This document shows, piece by piece, positions 29,279-38,632 of a stretch of DNA of 64,000 nt. Origin of the DNA: an uncultured bacterium (GTDB lineage Bacteria; Desulfobacterota_D; UBA1144; Nemesobacterales; UBA2774); the NCBI GenBank assembly GCA_963705505.1, contig CAVPJU010000003.1, positions 224,001 to 288,000 on the forward strand, read 5' to 3'. Below the pieces are notes generated by a model. The model saw only the letters and a program-made list of their open reading frames with translations. It ran no database searches and was not told the DNA's origin. Position numbers and translations under genes: made by a program. Numbering within the stretch: position 1 is the stretch's first letter; each line of letters begins with the position of its first letter.

Positions 29279-30205
29279 TCAGGCCTCCGAGAGCACGGCG
29301 GAAGCAAGCTTGGCCGCCTTAGCCGGGTCCGACATCAGGGTATCCATAACCAGGGGCTTAATGCCCATTTCGCTTATTCGTCCCGCCTCCCGGGCGTCTT
29401 CCCTGTCTATCACCATCACGTCGAGGAAGTCCAGATAAAGCCTCGCAATCTGTGCCGATGAAACCTCAAGCCCCAAACCCCTCATCAGCTTATCCGCGGG
29501 CCCCTTGAGGGGCATTCCCCCTATAAGGGGGCTTATGGCGATAATCTTTGCGTGAGTGTTCCTGAGGGCTTCCCCGATGCCCTTTATATTAAGTATCGGG
29601 CCTATGCTTATTATAGGGTTACTGGGACAAAGAATAATTAACCCTGCGTCCCTGATCGCCTCGATTACGCCGGGAGAGGGTTTCGCCCTTTCGATGTTTT
29701 TAAAGACCACCTTAATGACATCGGGCCTCATCCTTTGTTTAACGAGATATTCCTGAAAATGCATCTCTCCTTCGTTCGTAACTATCCATGTCTCCACATC
29801 CTCATCGGTCATGGGCATGACCCTGATATTTCCCTTTACTCCGAACGAGCTCGCTAATTTCGACGTGATTTCCGAAGGAGGGCAGCCCGACTGTCTCATA
29901 TGTGTGCGGAAAATATGGGTCGCAAAATCGACGTCCCCTATATTAAACCAGGTCTCACCGCCGAATCTCGCGAGCGCCGTGAGGCTGTTAAACGTATCAT
30001 CAACTATTCCCCACCCTTTCTGCTTATCTATATGGCCGGAAAGCCTGTATATTACGGTATCGACGTCGGGGGAAATCCTGAGTCCGTGCAAAACTATGTC
30101 GTCGCCGGTATTTACGATTATAGAAAGCGATTCATCGCCTATTACTCCAGATAGACCTTCGAGGAATTTAGCGGCCCCGACTCCTCCGCCAAGGGCAGTA
30201 ATCAT
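29279..30205 (-). CDS. cofD: 2-phospho-L-lactate transferase (F420 biosynthesis)
   Basis: LGGGVGAAKF, VNTGDD...GLRISPDVDT, WFNIGDVDFATH, HFQEY, PSNPIISIGPIL, KGPADKLM. Confidence 0.93.
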   Translation of the reverse strand: MITALGGGVGAAKFLEGLSGVIGDESLSIIVNTGDDIVLHGLRISPDVDTVIYRLSGHIDKQKGWGIVDDTFNSLTALARFGGETWFNIGDVDFATHIFRTHMRQSGCPPSEITSKLASSFGVKGNIRVMPMTDEDVETWIVTNEGEMHFQEYLVKQRMRPDVIKVVFKNIERAKPSPGVIEAIRDAGLIILCPSNPIISIGPILNIKGIGEALRNTHAKIIAISPLIGGMPLKGPADKLMRGLGLEVSSAQIARLYLDFLDVMVIDREDAREAGRISEMGIKPLVMDTLMSDPAKAAKLASAVLSEA

Positions 30206-30484
30206 TCGGGCAAACCTTCAAGAAAAGAGAAAATGAAAAGCCATTTTTTAATGGTAATTACTCCGTCTTTAGGAAGGGGTTAAGAATATTTGAGCGTGCC
30301 TGAACTGTCAAGTCAATCCGCCCCCCGATCGTCCTCTCCATAAGCGAGAGGCACGGGATAATCGGAAGATTAACAAGGATTACCGGGCGTATATGACCGG
30401 CACAAATCCCGGCTTGTTGAAACTGAAGAGGAAGTGATATAGATTTTTATAAGAATTTAGCACACAAAAGGGGAAAACTATCAC

Positions 30485-32089
30485 ATGAGTCTCAATTTTA
30501 TAAGGAACCGGAACAGCTGGTTTATAAGAGGCATTTTAATTCTTATAGCTTTTACCTTTATCATAGGCATCGGATACAGACTGAGCAATATCGGCAATCT
30601 AACGAGTGTCCCGAAGAGGGTCGCGGCAGAGGTCAACGGGGAACAAGTTAGCCTAATTAATTTCTACCTTCTCAGGGATAACCTGAAAAGGCAATTCAGC
30701 CAGAAAGGCGAAATCCCGCAGGAATACCTCAACCAAATCAACATAATCGCTCTGAATAACCTGATCAACCTAAAGCTTCTCGCTCAGAAGGCAAGGGAGC
30801 TCGGGTTCAAAGTAACGGATCAGGAGCTGGACAACGCCATTAAGTCAGACCCGAATTTCCAGATCGACGGAAAGTTCGTGGGCAGGGAGAGGTACAAGCA
30901 ATTCATCCAGCAGGCTCTCAAGCAGGACGTGGGCGAATTCGAGAATTCCTACAGAGAAAATCTGCTCGCCCAGAAACTCGCAAATTTTATAGACGAAACG
31001 ACTATTATTACAGACGAGAATTTGTTTAACGTCTACAAGAGGCAGAACGAGAAGGTAAACCTCTATTATATATCCTTCTCGGGGAAAGAGTTTATCGACT
31101 CCTACACACCGTCCGAAGAAGAGATAAAGCAGTACTATCAGGGACACAAGGCCGAATTCAAAACACCCGAGACCAGGACAATCAGGTATTTCACGCTGAG
31201 CCCCGGATCGTTTGAAAAGAATATCAAAATTCCGGACGATGAAATCAGCTCTTACTACAAGGCCTATCCGGAAGAATTCCAGTCCCCGGAAGGAAAACCG
31301 TTACCGCTTGAGGATGTAAAAAAGGACATCGAATCGAAGCTCAAGGCACAGAAGGGAGAAGCCCTCCGCCAGCAGTTCATGTCCAAGGTTGAAAATCCGG
31401 ACAAGGGAAATAGCAATATCGACGCCCTTGCGAAAGAGTACTCGGCAGATTCGATTGCCGAGAGTAAGCCGTTCTCTTCAAAGGATAACATGACAGACAT
31501 ACCGCCATCGATCACGCGTCAGGCTTTCGGGATGGAAAAAGGCAAAGTGTCGATAGTGCCGGTCGGGACCACCGTATGGGTCATGGAGGTAAAGCAGATT
31601 ATCCCTCCCCGCGAGAAACCCTTCGAGGAGTCCAAGGAGGAAGCGGCGCAATCCGTAAAACTTGAAAAATCTACTCTGCAGGCAAGGAAAAAAGCCGAGG
31701 AGACGCTAGGGAAATTAAAGACGGTCAAAAAAGAAAACCTGACGGCCGAAGCAAAAAAGCTCGGTTTGGACCTTAAGGAGACGGGCTTTTTCTCACGCAC
31801 GGAGACTGTGCCGCAGATCGATTCTCAGGAGCTGACCGTGGATGCTTTTGAGATGGGCGATAAATCGGGCGTTTCAAACAAGATTTATAATAACGGGGAC
31901 AACTTCTACATAGTTTCAATCAAAGAAATAAAAAGCGCAGACCCTGAGGATTTTAAGGGAGTTAAGGATGCACTGATGGAACAGGAGCTGCAGAACCAAC
32001 GTTCTCAGGTTATACAGAAAATGATACAGGACCTGAGACGAAAGGCAGAAATCGTACCGAACGCCGAATTATTTCCTTCTCAAGGATGA
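30485..32089 (+). CDS. ppiD: SurA-N-domain periplasmic chaperone, PpiD-like
   Basis: N-terminal TM; AEVNGEQVS; LLAQKARELGFKVTDQEL...FQIDGKF; degenerate rotamase regions. Confidence 0.75.
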   Translation: MSLNFIRNRNSWFIRGILILIAFTFIIGIGYRLSNIGNLTSVPKRVAAEVNGEQVSLINFYLLRDNLKRQFSQKGEIPQEYLNQINIIALNNLINLKLLAQKARELGFKVTDQELDNAIKSDPNFQIDGKFVGRERYKQFIQQALKQDVGEFENSYRENLLAQKLANFIDETTIITDENLFNVYKRQNEKVNLYYISFSGKEFIDSYTPSEEEIKQYYQGHKAEFKTPETRTIRYFTLSPGSFEKNIKIPDDEISSYYKAYPEEFQSPEGKPLPLEDVKKDIESKLKAQKGEALRQQFMSKVENPDKGNSNIDALAKEYSADSIAESKPFSSKDNMTDIPPSITRQAFGMEKGKVSIVPVGTTVWVMEVKQIIPPREKPFEESKEEAAQSVKLEKSTLQARKKAEETLGKLKTVKKENLTAEAKKLGLDLKETGFFSRTETVPQIDSQELTVDAFEMGDKSGVSNKIYNNGDNFYIVSIKEIKSADPEDFKGVKDALMEQELQNQRSQVIQKMIQDLRRKAEIVPNAELFPSQG

Positions 32090-32115
32090 TAGCTGGGATA
32101 AGGGGACATATATAA

Positions 32116-34860
32116 TTGTCTAAAAGAGCTCTTATAATCGGATCAGACGCGGATTACTGCTACATCATAAAGGAGTTCCTGGTTCTAAGAGAGCTATATG
32201 TCACCGTAGTCTTAAATTACAAAGACGGCATCGACAGACTCTTTTATGAAAAACCCGATTTGACCATTCTGGAGCTCACGGCTCGCGGATCGGTCGAGAA
32301 CCACATAAATGCGATAAAAAATTCAAATGAATTCGAGATTATTGACTTCACGAGGATTGAGGGGCCGGAAAAAGGAACCAAAGCCGTATTGATCTTCGAC
32401 GATAAATCCCGGATTAATTCCCTTTTCGACTTCCTCAGACACAACTACTCAAATCCAGTGACTGAAGAATCACCCGACACCGAAGACGAGGGGAGCCTCG
32501 GCTCCACGTTTTATCCGAGTCTGCTCGTCGATATCTACACCAAGAAAAGAAGCGGGATTCTATCCATTACCTCGAATACCGAATTGATAATTTATTTTAT
32601 AAACGGCAGCCCGGTTTTCGCAGAGGGAGGAGACGTCGAAACGGCGATAGGGAAAATACTGCTCGACAGCGGCAAGATAAATGAGGAAACATACGAGAAG
32701 GCTCTGGACATCGCCACAAAGAACAAACAGAAATTCGGACAAATACTGTTCGAAATGGGCATAACGTCCCCTCACGAACTCAACAGTTTTCTCGAATTTC
32801 AGATACAGGAAAAAATACTGAGAGGGTTTTATTACATCAACGGAAAATATGTTTTTAAAAGCGGTGATGATTTCGCAGACAGGATAGTTTCATATCAGGT
32901 CAATTTGTCCAAGGTAATTTACGAAGGGGTTAAAAGGTATATAGATGTGGAGAGCCTGGATGAAAGAAACCCGGTAATCGAAATTGACCCTAAATTAAAG
33001 AGCGATATTAACAGCCTGGGTCTCAAACCCAAAGAACTCCGGTTTGTACAGCTTTTAAAGGAGAGGTCGACCGTAAAGGATGTGCTCGAAACATCGAGGC
33101 TCGATAAACCGGAAACCCTTAAGCTCTTATACTTTCTTTCCCTGTTCAAACTGCTGAGCATCTCCGGAATTTCACCGGACGCGATAGGCAGAGCCTCTAT
33201 TGAAAAGCTCGTCAGGGAAAAGGAAGCGGCCGGGGAATCAAAAGAAACTCAAAGGTTTACATCGGATGCCGAAAACGCGTTCAGCATGAGCGAAGACATA
33301 CAATCAGCCTTTTTAAACCTGACCGCTCAGGCTGATGCCGGCACGGATGACGCGGGGGGATTTCCGTTCGGCGCGTCTAAAGATCCGGTACCCGAAGCGC
33401 GGGCAGAGAGCGGACACGAAACCGGGAGTGAAGAATTAATTACAAATAAATCCGCAGATACGGTGGAAATATCCCCGGTTTCCGAAATAGCCGGGGAAAA
33501 CCGGGCAGAGGGCGATGCGCAGTTTTTTGAGCCCGCCTCCGGGTCACATGAGGAAGACGGGAATCACGAGGCCTCTGAGGAAACATCCGACCTGCGCCAG
33601 CATGAAGACGATTGGAAGGAACGGGCCTTTTACATGCCCGAGACCCCGGAGGCACAGGCGAGGTCCGAAAACCAATATACGGCTTCTGAAGGGAGCACCG
33701 ATAATATTGATCTTGGTGAACGGGGTGAAGGAAAAACCCCATGGCTGACTGAGGAAAGCACACCTGGCTATGAAATCGAGCTCGACTTGGGTCCCGAGCC
33801 CGCCGAGCCCGATACGGAAATTGACGAGGAGTCCGCCTTTAACCCGAAGGAGCAGGGAAGCGTTCAGGCCGAGAGCTTGAGCCCCGAGCCGGAATTGGAG
33901 CTGGAAAGAGATTCTGACCGGTACTCGACTCAGGAACATACACCGTCTTCCGGCAGCATAAACGACCTGTTTCAGCCTTACACGGACGCCGTAGACAAAA
34001 AGGAAACGGATACGGAAATCAGCGAGACTGCGGACGCTGAGGAATTCGAGTTGATTTTAGCAGACCAGTCTCCGGGCCCCGCAAATGCCGGCGACACACA
34101 GAATGATTGGATGGGGAAAACTCATTCCGCCGCGTTTAATGAGCGGGTAACGGAATTCTATTCTACGATGGACGAAAAAGATTACTACCAAATCCTGGGA
34201 GTGACTCAGGAAGCCCAGACCGAAGAAATTAGAGACGCCTATTATAAACTCGTAAAATTTTACCATCCCGACGTCAACCCTAACGCGGACCACGAAATAA
34301 AGGTAAAGGCGGAAGAAATATTCACAAGAGTCACGACCGCTTACGAAACACTTTCGGAAGCTGACAAAAGGAAGCAATACGACTCCCATGAGGAGCTTGC
34401 CGAGCTCAAAACCCAGGCTAAATACATATATGAAGCGGAAATGGCTTTTAAGAAAGGCATTACTCTGCTGGTACAGCGGGATTATGTCGAAGCGGAAAAG
34501 AAAATAAGGGAAGCGGTAAACATGAACCCCGATGAAGCTGCATATCTGGGGGCACACGCATGGACCCGGTTCCTCGCCGCAGAGGACAAGTCAGCAGTCC
34601 TCGAAGAAGTCAAAGGGTCCCTGGAAAAAGCTTTAAAAATGAACGAAAAGATACCAGAAAATTATTTCTACCTGGGGTCCGTATACAAGTTCACGAACGA
34701 TCCGAAAAAGGCGGAAAGGTATTACGAAAAGGCCCTCGAACTGGATCCGGATTATATTGAAGCAAAACGAGAGATCCGCCTCATCAATACACGCAAAACA
34801 GAAAGTAAAAACGATAAAAGAGTCGAAAAAAAGTTCTGGTCCAGCATTTTTAAGAAATAA
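32116..34860 (+). CDS. Multidomain protein: degenerate receiver-like domain, DUF4388-like domain, acidic linker, DnaJ domain, TPRs
   Basis: DYYQILGV...IRDAYYKLVKFYHPD (J domain); EGSLGS..PSLL....KKRSGILSI...IYFINGSPVFA; C-terminal TPRs. Confidence 0.8.
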   Translation: MSKRALIIGSDADYCYIIKEFLVLRELYVTVVLNYKDGIDRLFYEKPDLTILELTARGSVENHINAIKNSNEFEIIDFTRIEGPEKGTKAVLIFDDKSRINSLFDFLRHNYSNPVTEESPDTEDEGSLGSTFYPSLLVDIYTKKRSGILSITSNTELIIYFINGSPVFAEGGDVETAIGKILLDSGKINEETYEKALDIATKNKQKFGQILFEMGITSPHELNSFLEFQIQEKILRGFYYINGKYVFKSGDDFADRIVSYQVNLSKVIYEGVKRYIDVESLDERNPVIEIDPKLKSDINSLGLKPKELRFVQLLKERSTVKDVLETSRLDKPETLKLLYFLSLFKLLSISGISPDAIGRASIEKLVREKEAAGESKETQRFTSDAENAFSMSEDIQSAFLNLTAQADAGTDDAGGFPFGASKDPVPEARAESGHETGSEELITNKSADTVEISPVSEIAGENRAEGDAQFFEPASGSHEEDGNHEASEETSDLRQHEDDWKERAFYMPETPEAQARSENQYTASEGSTDNIDLGERGEGKTPWLTEESTPGYEIELDLGPEPAEPDTEIDEESAFNPKEQGSVQAESLSPEPELELERDSDRYSTQEHTPSSGSINDLFQPYTDAVDKKETDTEISETADAEEFELILADQSPGPANAGDTQNDWMGKTHSAAFNERVTEFYSTMDEKDYYQILGVTQEAQTEEIRDAYYKLVKFYHPDVNPNADHEIKVKAEEIFTRVTTAYETLSEADKRKQYDSHEELAELKTQAKYIYEAEMAFKKGITLLVQRDYVEAEKKIREAVNMNPDEAAYLGAHAWTRFLAAEDKSAVLEEVKGSLEKALKMNEKIPENYFYLGSVYKFTNDPKKAERYYEKALELDPDYIEAKREIRLINTRKTESKNDKRVEKKFWSSIFKK

Positions 34861-34958
34861 TTGAATTTCTATGCCGCGGTATCCGCCGGGAGCCGGCTTC
34901 TCGCTCGGGTTATTTACTTTTTTTAAACTTTTGATTATCTTCACTAAATACATCAGCG

Positions 34959-37900
34959 ATGAAAATCAAATCCCTGGAAATTACCGGCTTTAAATCATTC
35001 TACGAAAAGACACGGATTCATTTCGATACACGCCTGAGCGCGATAGTGGGACCCAACGGCTGCGGCAAGTCGAACGTGCTTGACGCCATCAGGTGGATAC
35101 TGGGCGAGCAGAATCCGAGGCAGCTGAGAGCGAATGTAATGGAAGAGGTGATTTCAAACGGAAGCGAGTTTATGAAGCCCCTCGGGATGGCTGAGGTATC
35201 TCTCGTCATGGAAAGGGTGCCGAGCTACAATTTCGAGGAGGTGGAAATCAAACGCAGGGTCTTCCGGTCAGGCGATACCGAATACTTCCTGAACGGGGTC
35301 TCATGCAGGCTTAAGGACATCACGGACATTTTCATCGATACCGGGTCGGGCGCCAGGGCTTACTCCGTCATCGGACAGGGCAGAGTGGATCAGATGATCA
35401 CGGCGAAACCCGAGGATAAAAGGACACTCATCGAAGAAGTGGCCGGAATCAGGAAGTACAAGATAAGGCGGAGGGAAACGGAGACGCGCATCAAAACGAC
35501 AAAGGAGAACCTGAGCCGTGTAAAAGACATGACGAACGAAGTGAAGCGGCAGATGGATACACTCAGCCTTCAGGCCAAGCACGCCGAAGAATTCAGGGAA
35601 ATATCGGAAGAAGCGAGGAGGCTCGAAGCCAGAATACTGAGGGCGAGGCTCGAGAGGCTTGAGAAGAAAATGAAAGCCGTGCTTGAAGAAAAGGCAGCAG
35701 TCGACCAGTCTATAGCCAAATCCGAAGAAGAGATCATACAGATTGTTAACCTCGTCAAGAAATTAAATAACCAGTCATTCATTACGGACGATAAAATCAG
35801 AGAGTTTGAAAACGAAATCTACAGGACCAGGACCGACCTCCAATCAAAAATATCCTCGCAAGAGTTAATCAAGACGGAAATATCGAGTATAGAGAGGTTC
35901 ATAGAAAAAATAGAAAGCGAATCCGTCCTCCTCGCCGGTGAAAGCAGGAACCTGGCGGCGCAGACAGAAATCAAAAAAAGGGTTCTCGAAGAAGTGAAAT
36001 CCGAATTACAGAGTGAGAAAGCCCAGATAGAAGAGAAAGAAAGCACATTGTCATCAATTAAGGCCGGCTTCTCCGAAATCCGCACCGAACACCAGGAGAT
36101 AAGAGCCTCTCTGTTTAAAACCCTTGACCAATACAGCTCTATCAAAGGTGCGGCATTGGGTTACGAGAAGGAATTAAAAGACCTCTATTCAAGAAAAGAG
36201 GGAATCGAAAATGAGCTTGTCGAAATAGACCTAGAGCGCAAAGGCGCAGCGGATGAAATCTCGAGGCTCGAGCAAACCCTGGCCGAGAATGAATCAAAGA
36301 AGCACAATGTTTCCGGCTCCAGAGACCGCCTTCAGGCGTCCCTTTCGTCCGTCAAAGAGATACAGGGACAGAAACGGGGTGAAAGCGACGCGCTTATGGA
36401 GCGTCTCAAGGAAAATGCGTCGAGGCTCACCGCGCTTCATCAGATACAGGCGAATTACGAATGGCTCCCGGAGGGAATAAGGAACTTCATACTCGAACAC
36501 AAGGGTAACGGCGTGCTCGGAACCGTATCGGATTTTATCTCGGTCCCGGAAGGATTCGAACGAGCCGTGGAAGCCGCGCTCGGGGATAAGATCAAATGGA
36601 TCCTCGTTGAGGAAAACGCCCAGGCGCTCAAAGCTATAGGTTCTCTGAGAGAGCGCTCCCTCGGCAGGGGAACATTCGTTTCGGCCAGGAGCGACGAAGC
36701 GTTAGCAACGTCAAACGGAAACCCGGTCAATGCGCAGCCGCTTTCCGACATTGTTTCCCTCGATAACAAACTCGGCATAATCGAGAACGTGCTCAAGAGC
36801 GTATATATGGTTTCCACGATCGATGAGGCTTTGGAACTGCGCTCGGGAGCGGGCGGAGGCGCGTCTTTCGTTACGGCTGAGGGCGATTGTCTGCACTCGG
36901 ACGGAGCTATTTCCGGCGGCACGGCTCAGCCGGGGGTGCTCGAGAGGAAACGGGAAATCGAGAATCTCAAAATCGTTATCGGCGACCTCCAGAATGAGAT
37001 AGATAAATTGACTCTCGAAATAGAGGCCGGAGAGCTCGAGATAGGGAGCCTCAATTCCGGAATAAAGGAGTATGAGAACGAGCTTGTCGAGATTGAAATC
37101 AGCGATGCGGAAACGAGGAAAGACATACTTAATTTTAAAAATAACCTTGAGAAACTGGACAGACGCATCGAGATAATAAACCAGAGCCTTAAAAAAACCG
37201 ATACCGAGACAGACGAAAAGCTCGTCCTTATAGACGAGACCAGGGCCAAGATAGTCAGGCTCGATTCGGAGAAATCGGTCCTGGAGCAAAGATTCGGGGA
37301 AATCGAGGTAAAAATCAAGAGGGCTGAAGAAGAGGAGCGCTCGGTTGAAAGGGAAATCGCGGAAAAGAAGGTCAGGTGCGCCTCTCTAGCCGAAAAGGAA
37401 AAAAGCCTTCTAGAGGATTTAACCGAGCTTGAAAACAGGATAAGGGACATTGATAACCGGCTCCTGCTCGAATCCAGGAACATAGAGGAAAAGAAGCAGG
37501 AGAAGATGAGCTTCATTGAAAAAGACAGATACACGGTAGAAGAGATAAGCGGCATCAATATCGTCCTTACGGAAAACGAAGAGAAGCTCTTGGCTTTGAA
37601 AAACGAAAGGAGCGTTCTCCTGCAGGATATCGCAGCGACAAACGAAAAGAGGGAAAGCCTGAATGCCCTGTTATCCGATCTGAGACTCAAAAACAATTCC
37701 CTCGAGCTCGACCTCAACAGCCTGCAGATCGAGTCGGAGAACATCAACGGCATCATGGAGAGGAGCAATCTGTCCGAAATCGGATTAAGCTCGGCCGATA
37801 GAGACTCTCCCGACGCTCAGGATCTCATGAACATAAATCTCCCGGAAGAGGAAGCCAGGTTGAGAAAGCTTCAGGCTCAGATCGAAAAATTCGGACCCGT

Positions 37901-38483
37901 GAACCTGCTGGCTCCCGAGGAATATAACAAGCTCGACGAAAGGTACACATTCCTCAACGAGCAGATGGATGACCTCACCCAGGCGATTAATTCGCTCGGG
38001 AAGGCTATCAGCAAGATCGACAAGGAGTCCGAAAAGAGGTTTAGCGAAACCTTCGAGCTCATGGATCAGAAATTCCAGGAGATATTCAGCCGCCTGTTCA
38101 GGGGCGGGGAAGGCAAACTGGTGCTGACGGAGCCCGACGATATGCTTGAGTCCGGGGTGGAGGTCATGGTCAGGCCCCGGGGCAAAAAATTCCAGTCCAT
38201 CAGCCTGCTTTCGGGAGGCGAAAAGGCCCTCTCGGCGATCGCCCTCATAATAGCAGCCTGCCTGATAAAACCGGCGCCTTTCCTGCTTTTTGACGAGATA
38301 GACGCCCCGCTCGACGACAGAAACACTTCGTATTTCATCGAACTCGTTAAAGAAATAGACAGCAATTCCCAAGTGATTTTGATAACTCATAACAAAAAGA
38401 CCATGCAGGAAGTAAACTCCCTGATCGGCATAACATCCAACAGGACGGGTACTTCGACTGTAGTTTCGGTCGATCTCAACTGA
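34959..38483 (+). CDS. smc: Chromosome segregation protein SMC
   Basis: GFKSF, IVGPNGCGKSN, long coiled coils, hinge (AVEAALG...GRGTF), LSGGEK, FDEIDAPLD. Confidence 0.97.
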   Translation: MKIKSLEITGFKSFYEKTRIHFDTRLSAIVGPNGCGKSNVLDAIRWILGEQNPRQLRANVMEEVISNGSEFMKPLGMAEVSLVMERVPSYNFEEVEIKRRVFRSGDTEYFLNGVSCRLKDITDIFIDTGSGARAYSVIGQGRVDQMITAKPEDKRTLIEEVAGIRKYKIRRRETETRIKTTKENLSRVKDMTNEVKRQMDTLSLQAKHAEEFREISEEARRLEARILRARLERLEKKMKAVLEEKAAVDQSIAKSEEEIIQIVNLVKKLNNQSFITDDKIREFENEIYRTRTDLQSKISSQELIKTEISSIERFIEKIESESVLLAGESRNLAAQTEIKKRVLEEVKSELQSEKAQIEEKESTLSSIKAGFSEIRTEHQEIRASLFKTLDQYSSIKGAALGYEKELKDLYSRKEGIENELVEIDLERKGAADEISRLEQTLAENESKKHNVSGSRDRLQASLSSVKEIQGQKRGESDALMERLKENASRLTALHQIQANYEWLPEGIRNFILEHKGNGVLGTVSDFISVPEGFERAVEAALGDKIKWILVEENAQALKAIGSLRERSLGRGTFVSARSDEALATSNGNPVNAQPLSDIVSLDNKLGIIENVLKSVYMVSTIDEALELRSGAGGGASFVTAEGDCLHSDGAISGGTAQPGVLERKREIENLKIVIGDLQNEIDKLTLEIEAGELEIGSLNSGIKEYENELVEIEISDAETRKDILNFKNNLEKLDRRIEIINQSLKKTDTETDEKLVLIDETRAKIVRLDSEKSVLEQRFGEIEVKIKRAEEEERSVEREIAEKKVRCASLAEKEKSLLEDLTELENRIRDIDNRLLLESRNIEEKKQEKMSFIEKDRYTVEEISGINIVLTENEEKLLALKNERSVLLQDIAATNEKRESLNALLSDLRLKNNSLELDLNSLQIESENINGIMERSNLSEIGLSSADRDSPDAQDLMNINLPEEEARLRKLQAQIEKFGPVNLLAPEEYNKLDERYTFLNEQMDDLTQAINSLGKAISKIDKESEKRFSETFELMDQKFQEIFSRLFRGGEGKLVLTEPDDMLESGVEVMVRPRGKKFQSISLLSGGEKALSAIALIIAACLIKPAPFLLFDEIDAPLDDRNTSYFIELVKEIDSNSQVILITHNKKTMQEVNSLIGITSNRTGTSTVVSVDLN

Positions 38484-38632
38484 ACCACGCCGAAACAGGC
38501 GTAATTATCCGGAAATTTCGAACTATGAAACCGACACCCGTCCATCAGGCGTATAAGTAAGCAAAATTTGTGATGCCAGGGTTTTACACTTATACTTTTA
38601 ACGGTTTATACATATCGGAGGCTTATTAGAAA

